DNA of 64,000 nucleotides from contig JAFDED010000013.1 of assembly GCA_019310535.1 (NCBI GenBank), forward strand, positions 3,346 through 67,345. The letters run 5' to 3'. The DNA is from Deltaproteobacteria bacterium (GTDB lineage Bacteria > Desulfobacterota > JAFDED01). The notes under the pieces are model-generated. The model made no database searches, was not told the DNA's origin, and saw nothing but the letters and a program-made list of their open reading frames with translations. This document shows positions 9,589-19,479 of this stretch, one piece after another. The translations under genes were made by a program, and so were the position numbers. Position 1 is the stretch's first letter; each line of letters opens with the position of its first letter.

Positions 9589-10301
9589 TCATGCCCCCAC
9601 CAGGTCATAGTAAGGTAAAGAATGCCGTTTTCGCCCATAAAAGAATCTTGAATTTCTTTTTCAGTCATTATAGAAGGATCTCCAGTATGGAGTTCAATGG
9701 TATAATCCGCCATCAAATCGGTCAAAACACCATCAAATCGATCCCTGGGCCATTGTAAAAATTCCCGTATTCGATGAATGCGAACAAAACTCCGCCCCTT
9801 GCCAACGTTATCATAGGCTTTTTTGAATGCAGCGCGGTCTGCGGCAGGCCCAACTTTCGGTGCTGTCGGTAGCGGGACTTTATCGGTTATTCTCAGTGAT
9901 GGGGTATGATATTCATTGAAGGTGCAGATAACGGAACCTGATTTCAACAGCTCATTAAGGAGAGAAATGTAAGTCTTTTTAATCATGGGAATATTCTTTC
10001 CCGCCTGTTTTGAGGACAAACCGGGATTTTGTTTGATTTTATTAAAAATGATTTCTTCCAGGGGCATTTTGAAGCCGATATAAGTGGACCTTCCCTTATA
10101 ATCTTGTAATCTACTACCGAAATGAGGCTTAAGTCTTTTAAGCACGGCTGTCGAAGACGATTTTCTCGTAAGACCGCAATGCTTCAATGAATCAGCGGGG
10201 AGCCCCTGTCTAACTTGTGCAACCGTGAGGTAGTCCTGTTTTGTCTTTTTTAAAAGTTTTGAAATTTGCTCTTCAATGTTCGTCAGATCGTCTTTTCCCA
10301 T
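9585..10301 (-). CDS. hypothetical protein, first gene of the three-gene operon (possible winged-helix/DNA-binding; unassigned)
   Basis: 238-aa lysine-rich ORF with a strong AAGGAG Shine-Dalgarno 8 nt upstream of the ATG. Its stop overlaps the next start (ATGA). I recognise no motif. Confidence 0.65.
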   Translation of the reverse strand: MGKDDLTNIEEQISKLLKKTKQDYLTVAQVRQGLPADSLKHCGLTRKSSSTAVLKRLKPHFGSRLQDYKGRSTYIGFKMPLEEIIFNKIKQNPGLSSKQAGKNIPMIKKTYISLLNELLKSGSVICTFNEYHTPSLRITDKVPLPTAPKVGPAADRAAFKKAYDNVGKGRSFVRIHRIREFLQWPRDRFDGVLTDLMADYTIELHTGDPSIMTEKEIQDSFMGENGILYLTMTWWGHE

Positions 10302-10407
10302 GAATGATTCTCCTTGAACCCCTGATTAATGGAAAACGGCTTTCCAGGGCGCTTTAATGCGTGTAGCCTCATTCCGAAGGGCTTGTGCACGTTGCATCCC
10401 GGCACTT

Positions 10408-11388
10408 CTAACCGCGAAAAGCATCAGGATTCACCAGATTGGGCGGCCGTTTTCCTTCCAGCGCCGCCAAAAGGTTTTCCGCAGCCATGAGAGCCATCTT
10501 TTCTCTGGTCTCTCGAGTGGCGCTTCCGATGTGGGGGGTCAAGACCACGTTTGGCAGCTCCCCAAGCCCCGGTGTCAGGTGAGGTTCATTCTCATATACA
10601 TCCAGGGCCGCCCCCGCAATGGCACCATCCCGAAGGGCGCTGAGCAAAGCCGCTTCATCCACCACCATGCCCCTGGATGCATTTATGAGAAAAGAGGTCG
10701 GCTTCATCATTGACAATTGGGGCGAGCCGATAAGGTGCCGCGTATCGGGTGAACTCGGCACATGAAGGGTGACAAAGTCAGCCTCTCGCAAGAGTGTTTC
10801 GAAATTTACGTACGCGGCCTTCAATTCCCGCTCCAAAGAAGGTTCGACGCGTTTCCTGTTGTAATAGATGATCCTCATGCCGAATCCCTGGGCTCGTCGT
10901 GCCACAGATGACCCGATGCGCCCCATGCCGACGATCCCCAGGGTCTTGCCATACACGTCGGTTCCCAGGAAACAATTAAAAGGCCACTTATCCCGGTCCT
11001 TTTCACGGATAAATCGATCCGATTCCACTACACGGCGCGCAACAGCCATGATGAGTGCCCAGGTGAGATCGGCAGTTGTCTCCGTAAGGACCCCCGGCGT
11101 ATTGCATACCAGTATGCCTCTGGCCGTGGCTGCGGGCACGTCGATGTTGTCATAGCCCACAGCATAATTGGCCACAACCCTCAGGCGTGGCGCCGTGTCC
11201 ATGACCTGCCGGTCGATGCGGTCGGAGTGACAGGTTAATATTCCCTCAGCCTTCCACACGTGGCCCAACAAACTCTCATGGGGAAGGCATTCTTCCACGG
11301 GGTCGGCAACCAGATCGCAGCGGGCGCGTATCATCTCTATGGCACTAACCGGTACACCGCACGTTACCAGCGCTTTCCATCTTTGCAT
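10408..11388 (-). CDS. D-isomer-specific 2-hydroxyacid dehydrogenase (glyoxylate/hydroxypyruvate reductase-like)
   Basis: NAD-binding GIVGMGRIGSSVARR, plus the catalytic-region motifs SRG...VDE and LTPHIGSAT. The ORF opens at 11439, but ATG 11388 follows AAGGAGGAC and gives a typical ~326 aa. Confidence 0.9.
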   Translation of the reverse strand: MQRWKALVTCGVPVSAIEMIRARCDLVADPVEECLPHESLLGHVWKAEGILTCHSDRIDRQVMDTAPRLRVVANYAVGYDNIDVPAATARGILVCNTPGVLTETTADLTWALIMAVARRVVESDRFIREKDRDKWPFNCFLGTDVYGKTLGIVGMGRIGSSVARRAQGFGMRIIYYNRKRVEPSLERELKAAYVNFETLLREADFVTLHVPSSPDTRHLIGSPQLSMMKPTSFLINASRGMVVDEAALLSALRDGAIAGAALDVYENEPHLTPGLGELPNVVLTPHIGSATRETREKMALMAAENLLAALEGKRPPNLVNPDAFRG

Positions 11389-11604
11389 GAGCCAGTCCTC
11401 CTTGTTCTTATACAATTCCCTGAAATCTTCGAAACCCATCTCTTTACGGTGATGATGATAAGGTATTGAAGATGTATGTCAAGAAGAATTCTTTTGTCAT
11501 TTTACACCATATGTTATTATATCAAATAGTTGGGATAAGAATCCATCCGCCGATTTTTCATTGCAAAATGCAAATTTACCAATTATCATTGTTGAGTTTA
11601 ATAA

Positions 11605-13671
<2,067 letters not shown>

Positions 13672-13772
13672 TGATCCCTATGCGAATTTCCTCGGCCAGG
13701 TTCCTTTCGAAAAACGATTTCATCATCCTTAAATAGATGAGGAAAAACTTGCCCTTATTTCCGAGAATGGCA

Positions 13773-13793
13773 GGTAGGGGGTTTATCCTTACC
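13773..13793. repeat. small GC hairpin of the GGRATAARCCC family
   Basis: GGTAGGG-GGTTTAT-CCTTACC, 6 nt upstream of the PIG-L start. Confidence 0.5.
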
Positions 13794-13798
13794 CGCTC

Positions 13799-14479
13799 AT
13801 GGAGGCTGAACGAATGAAATCTTTACGCATACTGGCCGTGATGGCCCACCCCGATGATGCCGAGGTCTGGGCCGGCGGTACCATCCGAAAGGCGCTCCGA
13901 AACGGGGGCGAGGGGCATGTGGCGGTCCTCACCTATGGGCCTGATGAAACGAGGGGGAAGGAAGCACAGGAAGGGGCGAAGCGCCTGGGATGCGGTATAG
14001 ACCTGTTCGGTTACCGGGACAAAAACCTCCGGGATACAGGCGAGGCGGCCGATGCGCTGGTCGAGCTCATGGCCGGTCTTTCACCCCGTGTGATCATCGT
14101 TCACAACCCCGACGACACCCATCCGGATCACGAGGCCAGCTTTCTCATTGCACGACGGGCGCTTATTCACTGGTATGACAGCCCACGGCGCCCCGAGGTG
14201 ATCCCGTCGATTTTCGCCTGCAACAGTTACAGAGGCCTGGGATTGAGGGGGCCGCTGGAGCTGGATACGTTTGTGGATATCACGTCAGTCTGGGAAGATA
14301 AGATACAGGCCCTGCTCGCCCACAGGAGCCAGCAGCCACAGCGATGGATACAGCGCCTTGAGCTGTTCTGCCGGGCCATGGGAGCCAGGACAGGCATTGA
14401 AATGGCCGAGGGTTTTCGGAGATTGGTGATGTTTAATGAAACAGGAGCCGTGCGTCACCTGGATCCGGAGTTATGGTGA
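13799..14479 (+). CDS. PIG-L family deacetylase (LmbE-like)
   Basis: AHPDDAE motif near the N-terminus and the HPDH motif (DDTHPDHEA). 226 aa. Confidence 0.85.
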   Translation: MEAERMKSLRILAVMAHPDDAEVWAGGTIRKALRNGGEGHVAVLTYGPDETRGKEAQEGAKRLGCGIDLFGYRDKNLRDTGEAADALVELMAGLSPRVIIVHNPDDTHPDHEASFLIARRALIHWYDSPRRPEVIPSIFACNSYRGLGLRGPLELDTFVDITSVWEDKIQALLAHRSQQPQRWIQRLELFCRAMGARTGIEMAEGFRRLVMFNETGAVRHLDPELW

Positions 14480-14567
14480 TAAAAAGCCACCATTTGTATA
14501 GTTTCCTATCACAGGACAGGAGTTGAAAAGCTCCGCTACCGAAACAAAAAGCCATCGGAAGAAATAA

Positions 14568-14588
14568 GGGCGGGGTTTATCCCCGCCC
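14568..14588 (-). terminator. GC hairpin plus T-rich tail, putative intrinsic terminator
   Basis: Minus-strand reading is GGGCGGGG-ATAAA-CCCCGCCC followed by TTATTTCTT, about 80 nt downstream of the rhodanese-fusion stop. It also belongs to the dispersed hairpin family described in the findings. Confidence 0.5.
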
Positions 14589-14668
14589 GTTCCATGAGCC
14601 GGGAGCCGGCCCAAATTCCATCAGTATTTTAAAAACAAGCGAATGCAAGAAACGATGGAAAGCATTTG

Positions 14669-15511
14669 TCAAATCCGTTTTTCCAGCAGATCACCCAACC
14701 GCTCCAGGTGTTTGCGCTCTTCTTCGGCTATGTTTTTGAGGACCTTGCCTACATCCTCGTTCTCCATCCTGCGGGCCATTTTGACGTAGAGATCGTAAGC
14801 GTTTATTTCGAGGGACATGGAGAGATCAAGAAGTTCGACGGCTCCCTTTCCTTTTGCCCAGGCGAGCGCCTCGCCTACGCGGATACCTCCTTCCATCAGG
14901 TCGCCGGCCAGTTCATCCGAGGCGATGGTATTGGGCAACCCGGGCTCGGACCCGGATCCAGCAAGCTCTTTGTATACCCGAACCAAAGATTCCTTGTGGT
15001 GTTCTTCGGCCGCCACCAGGTCATTGAACATGTTTGTGCCCTGGGTATCATCCAGCATTTCCGCAACCCCGGCGTAAAACCTGCGGGATCCCTCTTCCAG
15101 GACCCAGGCCAGGGCCACAAGATCCTCGGCCCGGTCGGCCTGAGAGAAAATCGACATCCCCGCTTCGGGCGCTCCCGTGGCCACATCCCCACTCCAGGCT
15201 TTGATGCCGCCCTCCATGCTGTGTGCATCTTTGATCCCTGCGCTTGATACCATTGCAACAGCCGCCCGGCTGCGGACTCCTATACCTCAATAGGCAATGG
15301 TGGGCTTGTCGGGATCAAGCTCATGCAGGCGCGATGGTAATTCCCCCAGAGGGATCAGCCGGGCGCCGGGCAGATGTCCTTTCTCGTATTCCGCCGGCTG
15401 GCGGACATCCACCAGGTTATAATCCTCGGCTCGCCTTTCCTTCATCAACTTGCGCACTTTATCCGGTGTCCATGTGGATACCGGCTTGAAATAATCAAGA
15501 AATCCCATCAT
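14669..15511 (-). CDS. rhodanese domain (in-frame TGA at the active-site position; putative selenocysteine) fused to a diiron ferritin/rubrerythrin-like domain
   Basis: ORFs 15287-15553 and 14669-15253 are in the same frame, separated only by TGA (15287-15289). The read-through sequence is ...DKPTIAY-[TGA]-GIGVRSRAAVAMVSSAGIKDAHSMEGGIKAW, where the TGA sits at the position of the rhodanese active-site Cys in the C-x4-R loop. The C-terminal half has E / ExxH / E / ExxH (LEEG, AEEHH, LEIN, EERKH). Likely start is the ATG pair at 15511/15508, after GGGAGGG. Confidence 0.75.
15258..15273 (-). promoter_or_regulatory. possible SECIS-like stem-loop downstream of the UGA
   Basis: The mRNA sequence GCAGCC-GGGC-GGCUGU forms a 6-bp stem (one G-U pair) with a G-rich 4-nt loop, starting 13 nt after the UGA. 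It is small compared with textbook bacterial SECIS elements. Confidence 0.3.
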
Positions 15512-15606
15512 TACCCTCCCTGACATCGACCGGCGTCCAAATGTTGACCTCATGTTTTACTGATTATTCGCATAAAACTGGGTCACAGTCTCGTGCAGAA
15601 TGATTA

Positions 15607-16740
15607 TTAACTGGTCCCCTGCTGCATACGTTCACCCGAGACCTGGAAGCGCCTCATGAATTTTCTGTCAATGTAATCCTTCAGGTAAAAGGAAAGCCTT
15701 CCGTTCCACACCCAGTTTTTTTTCCAGAATATTCCCCTCCCGTCTCCCAGGCTGAAAATAAGAAGGTAGGGGCGGTCGGGATCGAAGGGTTCCATATTTC
15801 CACCTTCCAGCGCGGCCATCAGGTTGTGATAGAGGACAGGGTTTTGTCGAACGGCGTAAACTCCCACTTTATTCAGCGGTTTGCTTTCAAGGCTGATACA
15901 GTCGCCGCCGCCGAAGATCTCGGGATAGGCGACGCTCTGAAGATGGGTGTTCACCAGTAGTCCTCTATCGTCGCCCGTGGGCAGCCCCGAATCGCGAAAA
16001 AGGGATGACGGCTTTACTCCTAATGCCAGGATCAGCAGGTCGTAATAAAGCTTCCGTCCGTCGGTCATGACGGCTTGGCCGCTCTCAAAGCGGCGCAGAT
16101 GGGCACCCTCCGCCACCTCAATTCCTCGGGCAGAGAGGGATTCCATTGCCAGACGCCGGGTTTTTTCGGGAAAACGACCAAGCAATCTCCGGCCGGCCAG
16201 GAGCTTGATCTGAGCCTTCCCCCCGAGATCATGAACCAGCCGCCAGATGTTGCCGGAAATTTCAAGCCCTGCGGCACCTCCGCCAACCACCACCAGCCTT
16301 GGAGTTGCCGTCTGTATGAGGTCCATGACAGCCCGTCTGGCCTTATGAAGGTTTTCTATTGGCTTGACCGTAATCATCTTTTCATCCCGTCCCGTCACGG
16401 ATTCCAGCGGGATCTCGCTGCCGGTGTTAAATGAAACGATGTCATAGCCAATCTCATCATTTGAGTCGAGAAAAAGGATGCGTCGATCGGGATCCACCCG
16501 CACAACATTCCCTTCCACAAATGACACTCCCCGGTCTTCCGCCATTTTTTTTATATGAAACCGGATTTCTTCAGGACGGTAAATACCAGAGAGCATCCCC
16601 GGTCCCATGCCTGAATAATAATGATACGGCGCTGAGCTGATCAATGTCACCCGGTGGCCCCGTTCGACAAAATCACCGGCTTTCTTCAGGACGGTAAGAT
16701 GGGCATGCCCACCGCCAACAATGATGAGATGTTTCTTCAT
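15607..16740 (-). CDS. FAD/NAD(P)-dependent pyridine nucleotide-disulfide oxidoreductase family protein
   Basis: N-terminal Rossmann motif LIIVGGGHAH, a second dinucleotide motif VVVGGGAAGLE and a GGGDC motif near the C-terminus. 377 aa. Lies 53 nt upstream of the rhodanese gene on the same strand. Confidence 0.85.
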   Translation of the reverse strand: MKKHLIIVGGGHAHLTVLKKAGDFVERGHRVTLISSAPYHYYSGMGPGMLSGIYRPEEIRFHIKKMAEDRGVSFVEGNVVRVDPDRRILFLDSNDEIGYDIVSFNTGSEIPLESVTGRDEKMITVKPIENLHKARRAVMDLIQTATPRLVVVGGGAAGLEISGNIWRLVHDLGGKAQIKLLAGRRLLGRFPEKTRRLAMESLSARGIEVAEGAHLRRFESGQAVMTDGRKLYYDLLILALGVKPSSLFRDSGLPTGDDRGLLVNTHLQSVAYPEIFGGGDCISLESKPLNKVGVYAVRQNPVLYHNLMAALEGGNMEPFDPDRPYLLIFSLGDGRGIFWKKNWVWNGRLSFYLKDYIDRKFMRRFQVSGERMQQGTS

Positions 16741-17124
16741 AACAATTCCAGCATTATTTCTAACAAATTGTCATTCAGTGGCTGCACCCGCGGAGCATGA
16801 AAATCATTTTATCTACATATTAACATGCTTTCTATCAGCCCCCAATATGTAGTGCAAAAGATTTATTTTATTTTATACGTAATATCCGGAAAATGGTCAA
16901 GCAAGCGGGAGTTTTCCCATTTTTTCCGCGATTAAACTCACAAACTCGTGCGCCCTGACATGGGCGGAGAGCTTGTATTTCGCACAATAAATGCTTTTTT
17001 TATTATGTAAATAGCTTTATCCTGTTAAAATCAAACAACTTTTGTAAAATTAATGTTAATTTGTGAATAACTTCTACCAGGTGCGCAACATCCATTGCCT
17101 TTGAAAAGCCTTTGAAAAATTTTC

Positions 17125-17154
17125 TTGCAAAGAATTTCGATAGTAGTTTAGAAT
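17125..17154 (+). promoter_or_regulatory. candidate sigma-70 promoter
   Basis: TTGCAA - 18 nt - TAGAAT, about 40 nt upstream of the FHA-CpaF start. Preceded by a tandem CCTTTGAAAA x2. Confidence 0.35.
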
Positions 17155-17193
17155 GGGAAAAAACGGGGGCAAAAAAATAAAGGGGGCGGTGCC

Positions 17194-19383
17194 ATGTTAA
17201 GATTTATATTGAAGGAAAATGATGGGAAGGAACGAGTAATTATTATTGAGAAGGATGTTGTACGGATCGGCAAATCCGAGGCAAATGACCTGATACTTTC
17301 ACAGCCCGGTGTCTCAAGGCGCCATGCTATTGTGAGACGCACCGGAGGCAAAGTCGTTATAGAGGATCTGGTCAGCACCAATGGCACTTTCGTCAACGGC
17401 AAACGCATCTCCGCTCCCCAGGAATTAAACATCGGCGATCTTGTCTTTATATCCGGCTATACTCTTCAACTGGATATGTTCTCCTCCGTTGAAGAACCCA
17501 CTCAGTCCATCGAACGGGAAGAAGCGGAAAAGCCCGCGCATCGGGCGCCGGGAGAGGAGGAGAAACCCACACTGGAGGCGACGACGGCCGATAGCGGCAT
17601 TGGTGGAGAAGATATGGAGGAGCCTTCGAGGGAGCCTCTGGACGAAGGGGTTAAGACCTTCGGCATTCCAAGACAGGAAATGGAAGAATGGGCGAAACCC
17701 GGGGAGGAGGAAGATGGTTTAAAACCGCAGGAAGAGCCTATTCTTAAGGATACATTCGAGAAACCCCTCCAGGAGGAAGCCGAGACAGCATCCCTGAAAG
17801 AAGGGGCTCCAGAGCGCGAGCTTATCGAGGAGGAAGAAATTCCATTCATCCCCCTGCGTGAGGAAGACATGTTAGATGCCCAGGTTCCAGAGCCGCAGCA
17901 AATGCAATGGGAGGATACCCTTGATACGCTGGAAAGTCCCCTGAAGAGAGAAGAAGTCAGGGAAGAGGAAGAGAAACCCGATCTTGTTGAAGAGCAAGCA
18001 GCCACCGTTTCCCTGCCTGAAGAAAGTGTGAAGCAGGAGGCTCTCGAGGAGATGGTTTCCACCGAGTTCGAAGCACTCAGCCCCGCCGTTTCCCCACCGA
18101 AAGAAGATGCCCCGTTGGAAGAAGATATGGGAAGGGTGGCAAGCCGTATTTATCGGCACCTTCTGGATCAACCCGAGTTATATTGGCGTTTTCTGGAGCC
18201 CGGCCAGGATGTCAGCAACAGACAGATAGCCTTCCTGCATGCGATCAGGAGCCTGATGGACGATATGGGTCTTGAGATTCCTCCCCATATCCCCCGGGAA
18301 GAACTGAGTCAGCGCATGATGGAAGAGGCAGTGCTGCCGGGAATCGTGGAGCAATTGATGGCCGATCCCGATAATCGCTCCATTATGATAAACGGAAAAG
18401 AGCGGGTATTTATTGAACGGGGCGGAAAGATGGAGCGAACAGAGTTTCGCTTCAGTTGCGACGATGCGGTGATGGCGGTTGCCTCCTGGATGCTGATGCG
18501 GGTTGGGAAACACATAGATTCCTCCAATCCCATTGTGGACGCCCGGTTGGAAAATGGGGCGGAAATCCATGTTATAATCCCTCCAATGGCCTTTTCCGGC
18601 CCCTGCCTGACCATTCGAAAGCCGGGAGGTCTGCTGTTTACTATGGCCGATCTGGTCGAAAAGGAATCTTTGTCCAAGGATATGGCTCAATTATTAAAAA
18701 TTAGCGTTGAGAACGGTATGAACATCCTGATTACCGGGACTCAAGGGTCCGGTAAAACCACTCTCCTCATGGCGCTGGCCTCTCTCATCCCGGAAGAAGA
18801 GCGCGTTATCACCATTGAGGATTGGCCCGAACTCAGTCTTCCACAGGAGAACGTTGTGAGCCTTCTCACCTGTCCCCCGGAGGTCAGTGGTCAGGGCGGG
18901 GTCACAGTCATGGATCTGGTGCGCAGCTCGTTGAAGATGCGGCCGGATAGGGTGGTGCTGGGGGGGTGCTCGAGCGAAGAAGTGATTGAGATTTTTCAGG
19001 CCGGCCGCGGCGGTATCCGGGGATTGCTGGCGGCCGTCCATGTAAACTCACCCCGCCAAGCCTTAGTTCAGTTGAACCTGTCCGCGGGCCTCGGCACGAA
19101 CCTTTCCGTCATGCTCCCCTGGATCGCCTCTATGGTGGACCTCATCGTCCAATGCGTTCAGATGTCTGATGGAAGGCGAAAGGTGACCAGAATCTGCGAG
19201 GTTGCTGACTCTGGTGACGAGCCCTTTACCTTGCGCGATATCTTTCGGTTTGAGTCCAGCGGATTCGATAAGGAGACCAGCTTTCTGGGAAGTTTTGTCC
19301 CCCAGAATGTGGTTCCCCGTTTTATTCAAGATTTGGAGATGCGCGGAGTGCCCGTGGAACGAGAAATGTTTCAGAAGCTTTAA
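17194..19383 (+). CDS. FHA domain / acidic low-complexity linker / CpaF(TadA)-type secretion ATPase fusion
   Basis: N-terminal FHA domain (VVRIGKSEANDLIL...VSRRHA...STNGTFVNG). A Glu-rich linker of ~210 aa (nt ~17482-18123). A C-terminal domain collinear with CpaF/VirB11-class ATPases (Walker A GTQGSGKTT; TIEDWPEL; RPDRVVLGG). Confidence 0.9.
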   Translation: MLRFILKENDGKERVIIIEKDVVRIGKSEANDLILSQPGVSRRHAIVRRTGGKVVIEDLVSTNGTFVNGKRISAPQELNIGDLVFISGYTLQLDMFSSVEEPTQSIEREEAEKPAHRAPGEEEKPTLEATTADSGIGGEDMEEPSREPLDEGVKTFGIPRQEMEEWAKPGEEEDGLKPQEEPILKDTFEKPLQEEAETASLKEGAPERELIEEEEIPFIPLREEDMLDAQVPEPQQMQWEDTLDTLESPLKREEVREEEEKPDLVEEQAATVSLPEESVKQEALEEMVSTEFEALSPAVSPPKEDAPLEEDMGRVASRIYRHLLDQPELYWRFLEPGQDVSNRQIAFLHAIRSLMDDMGLEIPPHIPREELSQRMMEEAVLPGIVEQLMADPDNRSIMINGKERVFIERGGKMERTEFRFSCDDAVMAVASWMLMRVGKHIDSSNPIVDARLENGAEIHVIIPPMAFSGPCLTIRKPGGLLFTMADLVEKESLSKDMAQLLKISVENGMNILITGTQGSGKTTLLMALASLIPEEERVITIEDWPELSLPQENVVSLLTCPPEVSGQGGVTVMDLVRSSLKMRPDRVVLGGCSSEEVIEIFQAGRGGIRGLLAAVHVNSPRQALVQLNLSAGLGTNLSVMLPWIASMVDLIVQCVQMSDGRRKVTRICEVADSGDEPFTLRDIFRFESSGFDKETSFLGSFVPQNVVPRFIQDLEMRGVPVEREMFQKL

Positions 19384-19479
19384 TTTCGATGAAGAGTTCA
19401 GTGCAGGCCCCTGAAAAGTTTGCAGAGAATTCAGAAAGAATAAAAAAGCTTTTTTTCTCTGAGTTCTCAGCGGATAATG

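Noticed and set aside
19441-19456. A6-GC-T6 palindrome between the convergent CpaF-like and GH57 genes, considered as a bidirectional terminator.
   Set aside because: The stem would be almost entirely A-T and has no loop, so it is unlikely to form a stable terminator hairpin.
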